Source: Balanoglossus misakiensis (taxonomy: Eukaryota > Animalia > Hemichordata). From it: a DNA stretch of 64,000 nucleotides. This document shows, piece by piece, positions 13,417 through 23,900 of the stretch (position 1 is its first letter; the number at the start of each line of letters is the position of its first letter). The position numbers were made by a program, and so were the translations under genes. The stretch covers positions 9,005,097 to 9,069,096 of the forward strand of contig CM082598.2 in NCBI GenBank assembly GCA_040954595.2. The letters run 5' to 3'. Below the pieces are notes generated by a model, which did not search any database, had not been told where the DNA came from, and saw only the letters and a program-made list of their open reading frames with translations.

Positions 13417-13502
13417 TGCATTTGATTGGCTGTGGGATGGTGGACTGCATTTGATTGGCTGTGGGATGGTGGACTGCATTTGATTGGCTGTGGGATGGTG
13501 GA
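13417..13502 (+). promoter_or_regulatory. Three 29-bp tandem repeats, each with a reverse CCAAT (NF-Y-type) box; probable Crypton promoter
   Basis: TGCATTTGATTGGCTGTGGGATGGTGGAC starts at 13417, 13446 and 13475 and reads AGCCAATCA on the minus strand. A fourth TGATTGGCT lies at ~13334. The cluster is 60-145 bp upstream of the ATG. Confidence 0.65.
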
Positions 13503-13560
13503 AATGTCGTCTGCTGCAATCAGCTCGTGCAAATTTTGGAAATATCAAGAAGAGCTCAAA

Positions 13561-13837
13561 ATGCAGCCGGCCGCCATGTCTGAAAGGCTAGATTCTGACT
13601 TTGATTTGAATTTTAACCTCGAACAACTTGACGAAATATCTGACGAAGAACTCCTACAAGCGGCGACGATACTCGAGAAACTACCGGGACCGTGCATTCC
13701 TCCAGCAGTAAATCATGCCTACCCGCAGACGCCGAGATTCCCCGAGTTGTCACACGAAAAGGTGGAACAGTTAGCGGCGAAAAAAAATGAGGCAAATACA
13801 AATGCATCGACCAAGTGGGGAGTTAAGTTACTGAAGA
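13561..13837 (+). CDS. Crypton tyrosine recombinase, exon 1 (acidic N-terminus, then RF...KNEANTNASTKWGVKLLK)
   Basis: ATG at 13561, with a second ATG at 13576 in a GCCGCCATG Kozak context. The NT...T.W.V motif matches the N-terminal region of DUF3504-type YRs. The exon ends at a consensus donor A|GTAAGT at 13838. Confidence 0.8.
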
Positions 13838-14004
13838 GTAAGTATTCAATAAAAAAAAATAGTAGTCGTATATTTTATCGTTCACGCCGAAATGGGCGCC
13901 GCCATTTTCATTGTTTGTAAACAATCGCGTTAGTCGTTTGACCTGTTGACCTTAAAATCACGCAGTTGTTGTTGTATTTACCGTCTCTATTTTAACCGTT
14001 GCAG
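13838..14004 (+). other. GT-AG spliceosomal intron, phase 1, 167 bp
   Basis: Donor GTAAGT, pyrimidine-rich 3' end, TTTAAC branch-like motif at ~13991-13996 and acceptor TTGCAG|. Splicing joins A+CC to give an in-frame ...KLLK-T-W-C-MERS. Confidence 0.85.
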
Positions 14005-14963
14005 CCTGGTGTATGGAGCGATCGATTTCCCCAGATTTTGAAATGCTCCCAGTAGAAGACCTGGCAAACTTACTGAGGCAGTTTTATGCCGAGGTGAGGA
14101 CAAGAGAAGGAAACGAGTATAGCATCCGGAGCTATTCTGGGATCAGAGCTGCGATACACCGACATATCACCAACGTCCCATTCAACCGAGCTATCAATGT
14201 CTTGAGGGATCGGGAATTTCTGGTGGCCAACAATGTATTTGTCGGGAAAATAAAGAGCCTAAAGCGAGATGGAAAGGACACCATCAATCACAAAACACCA
14301 ATAAGCGAGGGCGATATCCAGAAGATGTTTGCTAGCGGTACGCTATCCGACTCTGATCCACTGTCATTATTACGTATGGTATGGTTTTATGTAGAATTTT
14401 TCTTTTGTCGAAGGGGGCGGGAGGGTCTGCGAGATTTACATAAGGGGAGTTTCATTCTTAAGGTTGACGACCAAGGGAGGGAATACATTACATTGGCCTA
14501 CTTGGAAGCCACTAAAAACCACCCCGGGGATTTGAAAGATAATTTTGAAAGTGAGAAGCGGATGTATAAAACGGGTTCTCCCCTCTGCCCAGTTACGGCC
14601 ATTTTGAAATATATCGGTAAACTCCATCCCAACTGTAATGCGTTTTTCCAGCGTCCCATTCCCAATTTCTCCGGCAGTGAAAACACGTGGTATGTAAACA
14701 GCCCCCTTGGGCACAATTCACTAGGGGAAATGATGAAGAAAATATCAAAAGCGGCAGAGTTGAGTGTAATGTACACAAACCACTGTGTGCGAGCAACAAC
14801 CATTAAGTCGCTGAACGACGCTGGGGTCCCAACGAGAATAGTCATGAATCTCAGCGGTCATCGCAACGAAGGAAGCATTCGTAGTTATTGTCGTGACAGT
14901 TCGAATGAACAGAAACGACAGTGTAGTGACATTTTAATGTCATCGATTCACTACGCTCGGTGA
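14005..14963 (+). CDS. Crypton tyrosine recombinase, exon 2 (DUF3504 / phage-integrase-like catalytic domain); spliced product 411 aa, or 406 aa from the second ATG
   Basis: LRQFYAEVRTREGNEYS...IRAAIHRHI is followed by the catalytic set R (FCRRGRE), K (TKNHPG), HxxR (TNHCVRAT), H (SGHRN) and Y (SIRSY). The frame is uninterrupted. This is the family related to the domesticated ZMYM2/3/4, QRICH1, KCTD1 and KIAA1958 domains. Confidence 0.92.
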
Positions 14964-17900
14964 TTATTTCCCGCCAAATATGCTAATTTTCACCTGAGAG
15001 GTCTTATATCCGCAACCAAATACCCTCGCTAGCCGTTTATAACCTCTAAATCAACATGTCATATATGATCAGGGCACCAAATTCGAAGAACAAAGGTTTT
15101 TTTATTTATTTTTCTAAAAATGACATTTTTCAGGAAAATTTGGTAAAACGCAATTTTGTCTGCAGTGAGCCAAATTAGACTGTCTTTTGTGGAATTTGTA
15201 TTGATATATACATACGAAGAGCATTCTATACTCCATCAGATTTCCGAAAATGTAGAAAACAGGTATTTTTTGTATTTTTCAAAAATTTACCATTTTGACC
15301 AAATTATGGCTAAAATTGTTATTTTCCTCTTGGACGCCGCCAGTGTCACTGCTTTTAAGAGTCCTAAAAACTTTTAACATACAAGCAATTGTGTATATAT
15401 GATCAGGTCACCGAATTAAAAAAATAAAGAATGTTTTGCCTAAAAATGACCTTTTTAGTGCAAAAAATGAATAAAACGCAATTTTGTATTAAATCAGCTC
15501 ATTCAGAGTGCATTTTTAGAATCAGCACCATTTTTACATATTATGGACATTTCATACATCATCAGATATCCAAATTTGAAATAAATGATTTAGATTTTAG
15601 CTGATTGTCCAAAATTAGCTGATATCTAATAAATGTAGTATTGAACCATTCTGTCCCCCCCCCCCTACATTATATGCGGTACGCCGATGTCAGCTTACCC
15701 GGCAGTACTACAGGCCGTGCCCCCAACTAACGTCGGTGTTTGAAACGCCCTGGTTAAATTCGGGCTTTCTCTATAAATTGACAGGCAATAATGCAGTCCT
15801 ACCCGAACAAATGTCGAGTGTTGACCCGCTGTGACTTTCCCTCTTCGGTTTGCCCGACTTAGCCAACGTCTTTGTACTAGAGTGTCGGGTCTTTTACAGA
15901 GCCAGGCCGAAGGAAATCCGATTTGATCACCGTTGCTAACGAACGCTAGTGTCTGTCATGGTGTGCCGGGGTTTTAGTCGAGCCAGGCCGTAGGAGATCT
16001 GACTTGATCATCGTGGTCAATGTACGCGTGTTTCCGCTCTAAAGTGCCGGGGCTTCAGCTAAACCAGGCCGTAGGAAATCCGACGTAATCACCGTTGATA
16101 ACTTACGCCAGTCTGTGTCATATAGAGTCGGTGTACCAGCCGAGTCACGCCGTAGGAAATCTGACTTGATCAACGTGGTCAATGTACGCCTGTTTCTGCT
16201 CTAGAGTGCCGGGGCTTCAGCTGAGCCAGGCCGTAGGAAACCCGACGTGATTACCGTTGTTAACTTACGCCAGTCTGTGTCCTATATATAGTGCCGGGGT
16301 ATCAGCCGTGCCAGGCCGAAGGAAATGTGAGTAGACCAACGTGGTCTCTGTACGCGTGTTTCTGCTCTAGAGTGCCAGGGCTTTAGCCAAGCCATGCCGT
16401 AGGAAATCTGACTTGATCAACGTTGCTAACGAACGCTAGTGTCTGTCATAGTGTGCCGGGGTTTTAGTCGAGCCAAGCCGTAGGAGATCAGACTTGATCA
16501 ACGTGGTCTCTGTACGCGTGTTTCTGCTCTAGAGTGCCGGGGCTTTATCCAAGCCGTGCCGTAGAAATCCTGACTTGATCACCGTTGCTAACGTACGCTA
16601 GTGTCTGTCATATTGTGACGGAGATTTAGCCGAGCCAGGCCGTAGAAAAATCGACTTGTTCAACGTTACCAGTGTGCAACTGTTTCTGCTCTAGAGTGTC
16701 AGGGTTTTAGCCGACTTATGCTGTAGCAAATCTGAGTTGATGAACGGGAATTCAATGTTAGAAAACCCGTGTGGAAAGTATCTCTACCCGTTTGAAACTA
16801 AGAAAAGAATTTATTCTTATTTATTTTGTAAAAAAGACAATTTTTCGAAAAAAAGTCGAAAATGGTAATTTTGTCTTGGGTGATTCAAATTATACCGCCT
16901 TTCCTGGAATTTGCAGCACTTTTTACAAGAGAACGACACTTCATGCTCCATAATATTTCCGAAAATGAAGAAAAGATTTAATTGTTTATGATTTTTTACA
17001 AATTTACCGTTTTTGTCAAAATATGGCCAAAATGACTATTTTTTCTTGAATTCCGTCAATATCTCTGCATTTTTGGAGTGGTCGAAACTTTTAACATACA
17101 ATCAACATGTCATATATAATCAGGGCACCGAATTCGAAGAACAATTAAAGCTTTTTTTAATTGTTTTTCTAAAAATGACATTTTCAAGCAAAATTTAATA
17201 ACATGCAATTTTGTCTGCAATGAGCCAAATTAGACTGTCTTTTGTGGAAATTGTATCGATATATACAAACGACGGGCATTCTATACTCCATCAGATTACA
17301 GAAAATGTAGAAAACAGTTATTTTTCGTTATTATCAAAAATTTACCATTTTTGACCAAAATGTGGCTAAAATTGTTATTTTCGTCTTGAACGCCGCCAGT
17401 GTCACTGCTTTTAAGAGTCATAAAAACTTTTAACATACAAGCAATTGTTTATATATGATCAGGTCACCGAATTCAAAAAATAAAGAATGTTTTGCATAAA
17501 AATGACCTTTTTAGTGCAAACAATGAATAAAACGCAATTTTGTATTAAATCAGCTCATTCAGAGTGCATTTTTAGAATCAGCACCATTTTTACATATAAT
17601 GGAAATTTCATACATCATCAGATATCCAAATATGAAAAAATGATTTAGATTTTAGCTGATTGTCCCAAATTAGCTGATATCTAATAAATGTAGTATTGAA
17701 CCATTCTGTTCCCCCCCCCCCTACATTATATGCGGTACGCCGATGTCAACTTACCCGGCATTACTGCAGGCCGTGTCCCCAACTAACGTCGGTGTTTGAA
17801 ACGCCCTGGTTAAATTCGGGCTTTCTCTATAAATTGACAGGCAATAATGCAGTCCTACCCGAACAAATGTCGAGTGTTGACCCGCTGTGACTTCCCCTCT

Positions 17901-20900
17901 TTGGTTTGCCCGACTTAGCCAACGTCTTTGTACTAGAGTGTCGGGTCTTTTGCAGAGCCAGGCCGAAGGAAATCCGACTTGATCACCGTTGCTAACGAAC
18001 ACTAGTGTCTGTCATGGTGTGCCGGGGTTTTAGTCGAGCCAGGCCGTAGGAGATCTGACTTGATCATCGTGGTCAATGTACGCGTGTTTCCGCTCTAAAG
18101 TGCCGGGGCTTCAGCTAAACCAGGCCGTTAGAAATCCGACGTAATCACCATTGATAACTTACGCCAGTCTGTGTCATATAGAGCCGGTGCACCAGCGGAG
18201 TCACGCCGTAGGAAATCTGACTTGATCAACGTGGTCAATGTACACCTGTTTCTGCTCTAGAGTGCCGGGGCTTCAGCTGAGCCAGGCCGTAGGAAACCCG
18301 ACGTGATTACCGTTGTTAACTTACGCCAGTCTGTGTACTATAGAGCCGGTGCACCAGCCGAGTCACGCCGTAGGAAATCTGACTTGATCAACGTGGTCAA
18401 TGTACGCCTGTTTCTGCTCTAGAGTGCCGGGGCTTCAGCTGAGCCAGGCCGTTGGAAACCCGACGTGATTACCGTTGTTAACTTACGCCAGTCTGTGTCC
18501 TATATATAGTGTCGGGGCATCAGCCGTGCCAGGCCGAAGGAAATGTGAAGAGATTAACGTGGTCTCTGTACGCGTGTTTCTGCTCTAGAGTGCCGGGGTT
18601 TTATCCAAGCCATGCCGTAGAAAATCTGACTTGATCACCGTTGCTAACGTACGCTAGTGTCTGTCATATTGTGACGGAGATTTAGCTGAGCCAGGCCGTA
18701 GAAAAATCGACTTGTTCAACGTTACCAGTGTGCAACTGTTTCTGCTCTAGAGTGTCAGAGTTTTAGCCGACTTATGCTGTAGGAAATCTGAGTTGATGAA
18801 CGGGAATTCAATATTAGAAAACCCTTGTGGAAAGTATCTCTACCCGTTTGAAACTAAGAAAAGAGTTTATTCTTATTTATTTTGTAAAAAAGACAATTTT
18901 TCGAAAAAAAGTCGAAAATGGTAATTTTGTCTTGGGTGATTCAAATTATACCGCCTTTTCTGGAATTTGCAGCACTTTTTACAAGAGAACGACACTTCAT
19001 GCTCCATAATATTTCCGAAAATTAATAAAAGAGTTAATTTTTTATGATTTTTTAAAAATTTACCATTTTTGTCAAAATATGGCCAAAATGGCTATTTTTT
19101 CTTGAATTTTGTCAATATCTCTGCATTTTTGGAGTGGTCGAAAGTTTTAACATACAATCAACATGTCATATATGATCATGGCACCAAATTCGAAGAACAA
19201 AGGTTTTTTTATTTTTTTTTCTAAAAATGACATTTTCAAGGAAAATTTGGTAAAACGCAATTTTGTCTGCAGTGAGCCAAATTAGACTGTCTTTTGTGGA
19301 ATTTGTATCGATATATACAGACGAAGAGCATTCTATACTCCATCAGATTTCCGAAAATGTAGAAAACAAGTATTTTTTGTAATTTTCAAAAATTTACCAT
19401 TTTGACCAAATTATGGCTAAAATTGTTATTTTCCTCTTGGACGCCGCCAGTGTCACTGCTTTTAAGAGTCCTAAAAACTTTTAACATACAAGCAATTGTT
19501 TATATATGATCAGGTCACCGAATTAAAAAAATAAAGAATGTTTTGCCTAAAAATGACGTTTTTAGTGCAAAAAATGAATAAAACGCAATTTTGTATTAAA
19601 TCAGCTCATTCAGAGTGCATTTTTAGAATCAGCACCATTTTTACATATTATGGACATTTCATACATCATCAGATATCCAAATTTGAAAAAAATGATTTAG
19701 ATTTTAGCTGATTGTCCAAAATTAGCTGATATCTAATAAATGTAGTATTGAACCATTCTGTTCCCCCCCCCCCCTACATTATATGCGGTACGCCGATGTC
19801 AGCTTACCCGGCAGTACTGCAGGCCGTGCCCCCAACTAACGTCGGTGTTTGAAACGCCCTGGTTAAATTCGGGCTTTCTCTATAAATTGACAGGCAATAA
19901 TGCAGTCCTACCCGAACAAATGTCGAGTGTTGACCCGCTGTGACTTTCCCTCTTCGGTTTGCCCGACTTAGCCAACGTCTTTGTACTAGAGTGTCGGGTC
20001 TTTTACAGAGCCAGGCCGAAGGAAATCCGACTTGATCGCCGTTGCTAACGAACGCTAGTGTCTGTCATGGTGTGCCGGGGTTTAAGTCGAGCCAGGCCGT
20101 AGGAGATCTGACTTGATCATCGTGGTCAATGAACGCGTGTTTCCGCTCTAAAGTGCCGGGGCTTCAGCTAACCAGGCCGTAGGAAATCCCACGTAATCAC
20201 CGTTGATAACTTACGCCAGTCTGTGTCATATAGAGCCGGTGCACCAGCCGAGTCACGCCGTAGGAAATCTGACTTGATCAACGTGGTCTCTGTACGCGTG
20301 TTTCTTCTCTAGAGTGCCAGGGCTTTAGCCAAGCCATGCCGTAGAAAATCTGACTTGATCACCGTTGCTAACGTACGCTAGTGTCTGTCATATTGTGACG
20401 GAGATTTAGCTGAGCCAGGCCGTAGAAAAATCGACTTGTTCAACGTTACCAGTGTGCAACTGTTTCTGCTCTAGAGTGTCAGAGTTTTAGCCGACTTATG
20501 CTGTAGGAAATCTGAGTTGATGAACGGGAATTCAATATTAGAAAACCCTTGTGGAAAGTATCTCTACCCGTTTGAAACTAAGAAAAGAGTTTATTCTTAT
20601 TTATTTTGTAAAAAAGACAATTTTTCGAAAAAAAGTCGAAAATGGTAATTTTGTCTTGGGTGATTCAAATTATACCGCCTTTTCTGGAATTTGCAGCACT
20701 TTTTGCAAGAGAACGACACTTCATGCTCCATAATATTTCCGAAAATTAATAAAAGAGTTAATTTTTTATGATTTTTTAAAAATTTACCATTTTTGTCAAA
20801 ATATGGCCAAAATGGCTATTTTTTCTTGAATTTTGTCAATATCTCTGCATTTTTGGAGTGGTCGAAAGTTTTAACATACAATCAACATGTCATATATGAT

Positions 20901-23900
20901 CATGGCACCAAATTCGAAGAACAAAGGTTTTTTTATTTTTTTTTCTAAAAATGACATTTTCAAGGAAAATTTGGTAAAACGCAATTTTGTCTGCAGTGAG
21001 CCAAATTAGACTGTCTTTTGTGGAATTTGTCTCGATATATACAGACGAAGAGCATTCTATACTCCATCAGATTTCCGAAAATGTAGAAAACAGGTATTTT
21101 TTGTAATTTTCAAAAATTTACCATTTTGACCAAATTATGGCTAAAATTGTTATTTTCCTCTTGGACGCCGCCAGTGTCACTGCTTTTAAGAGTCCTAAAA
21201 ACTTTTAACATACAAGCAATTGTTTATATATGATCAGGTCACCGAATTAAAAAAATAAAGAATGTTTTGCCTAAAAATGACGTTTTTAGTGCAAAAAATG
21301 AATAAAACGCAATTTTGTATTAAATCAGCTCATTCAGAGTGCATTTTTAGAATCAGCACCATTTTTACATATTATGGACATTTCATACATCATCAGATAT
21401 CCAAATTTGAAAAAAATGATTTAGATTTTAGCTGATTGTCCAAAATTAGCTGATATCTAATAAATGTAGTATTGAACCATTCTGTTCCCCCCCCCCCTAC
21501 ATTATATGCGGTACGCCGATGTCAGCTTACCCGGCAGTACTGCAGGCCGTGCCCCCAACTAACGTCGGTGTTTGAAACGCCCTGGTTAAATTCGGGCTTT
21601 CTCTATAAATTGACAGGCAATAATGCAGTCCTACCCGAACAAATGTCGAGTGTTGACCCGCTGTGACTTTCCCTCTTCGGTTTGCCCGACTTAGCCAACG
21701 TCTTTGTACTAGAGTGTCGGGTCTTTTACAGAGCCAGGCCGAAGGAAATCCGACTTGATCGCCGTTGCTAACGAACGCTAGTGTCTGTCATGGTGTGCCG
21801 GGGTTTAAGTCGAGCCAGGCCGTAGGAGATCTGACTTGATCATCGTGGTCAATGAACGCGTGTTTCCGCTCTAAAGTGCCGGGGCTTCAGCTAACCAGGC
21901 CGTAGGAAATCCCACGTAATCACCGTTGATAACTTACGCCAGTCTGTGTCATATAGAGCCGGTGCACCAGCCGAGTCACGCCGTAGGAAATCTGACTTGA
22001 TCAACGTGGTCTCTGTACGCGTGTTTCTTCTCTAGAGTGCCAGGGCTTTAGCCAAGCCATGCCGTAGAAAATCTGACTTGATCAACGTGGTCAATGTACG
22101 CCTGTTTCTGCTCTAGAGTGCCGGGGCTTCAGCTGAGCCAGGCCGTAGGAAACCCGACGTGATTACCGTTGTTAACTTACGCCAGTCTGTGTCCTATATA
22201 TAGTGCCGGGGCATCAGCCGTGCCAGGCCGAAGGAAATGTGAGTAGATCAACGTGGTCTCTGTACGCGTGTTTCTGCTCTAGAGTGCCAGGGCTTTAGCC
22301 AAGCCATGCCGTAGGAAATCTGACTTGATCAACGTTGCTAACGAACGCTAGTGTCTGTCATAGTGTGCCGGGGTTTTAGTCGAGCCAAGCCGTAGGAGAT
22401 CAGTCTTGATCAACGTGGTCTCTGTACGCGTGTTTCTGCACTAGAGTGCCGGGGCTTTATCCAAGCCATGCCGTAGAAAATCTGACTTGATCACCGTTGC
22501 TAACGTACGCTAGTGTCTGTCATATTGTGACGGAGATTTAGCCGAGCCAGGCCGTAGAAAAATCGACTTGTTCAACGTTACCAGTGTGCAACTGTTTCTG
22601 CTCTAGAGTGTCAGAGTTTTAGCCGACTTATGCTGTAGGAAATCTGAGTTGATGAACGGGAATTCAACATTAGAAAACCCGTGTGGAAAGTATCTCTACC
22701 CGTTTGAAACTAAGAAAAGAATTTATTCTTATTTATTTTGTAAAAAAGACAATTTTTCGAGAAAAAAAAGTCGAAAATGGTAATTTTGTCTTGGGTGATT
22801 CAAATTATACCGCCTTTTCTGGAATTTGCAGCACTTTTTACAAGAGAACGACACTTCATGCTCCATAATATTTCCGAACAAATTACCATTTTTGTCAAAA
22901 TATGGCCAAAATATTCTTATTTATTTTGTAAAAAAGACAATTTTTCGAAAAAAGTCGAAAATGGTAATTTTGTCTTGGGTGATTCAAATTATACCGCCTT
23001 TTCTGCAGCACTTTTTACAAGAGAACGACACTTCATGCTCCATAATATCTCCGAAAATGAAGAAAGGAGTTAATTTTTTATGATTTTTTAAAAATTTACC
23101 ATTTTTGTCAAAATATGGCCAAAATGGCTATTTTTTCTTGAATTCCGTCAATATCTCTGCAGTTTTGGAGAGGTCGAAAGTTTTAACATACAATCAACAT
23201 GTCATATATGATCAGGGCACCAAATTCGAAGAAAAAAGGTTTTTTTTTTTTTTTTTTTTTTCTAAAATTGACATTTTCAAGGAAAATTTGGTAAAACGCA
23301 ATTTTGTCTGCAATGAGCCAAATTAGACGGTCTTTTGTGGAATTTGTATCGATATATACATACGAAGAGCATTCTATACTCCATCAGATTTCCGAAAATG
23401 TAGAAAACAGGTATTTTTTGTAATTTTCAAAAATTTACCATTTTGACCAAATTGTGGCTAAAATTGTTCTTTTCGTGTTGAATGCCGCCAGTGTCACTGC
23501 TTTTAAAAGTCATAAAAACTTTTAACATACAAGCAATTGTTTATATATGATCAGGTCACCGAATTAAAAAAATAAAGAATGTTTTGCCTAAAAATGACCT
23601 TTTTGGTGAAAAAAACGAATAAAACGCAATTTTGTATTAAATCAGCTCATTCAGAGTGCATTTGTTATAATCAGCACCATTTTTACATATAATGGAAATT
23701 TCATACATCATCAGATATCCAAATATGAAAAAATGATATAGATTTTAGATGTTTGTCGAAAATTAGCTGATATCTAATAAATGTAGTATTGAACCGTTCA
23801 GTTCCCCCCCCCCCCCCCCGCCCCGATGTCAGCTTACCCGGCAGTACTGCAGGCCGTGCCCCCAACTAACGTGGGTGTTTGAAAGGCCCTGGTTAAATTC

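Larger units (their letters stand above)
13303..15049 (+). mobile_element. Crypton-type tyrosine recombinase DNA transposon, apparently complete (1747 bp)
   Basis: It interrupts the unit at TTTTAACATACA^ATCAACATGTC with no TSD (at most one A) and no long TIRs or LTRs. It encodes a YR without RT, which fits Crypton rather than DIRS. Ends are 5'-TTATAATATG and TTATAACCTCTAA-3'. Confidence 0.9.

Noticed and set aside
13426-13920. ORF 13426..13920 as a separate 164-aa gene
   Set aside because: Its start reads through the CCAAT repeats and its end reads into the intron. Only 13561-13837 is supported as exon 1. The antisense ORFs at 13354-14845 are shadows.
13303-15049. DIRS retrotransposon, phage integrase or a domesticated ZMYM/QRICH1-type host gene
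   Set aside because: There is no RT/RNase H or split repeats, a spliceosomal intron is present, the catalytic residues are intact, and it is a discrete insertion relative to empty sister sites.
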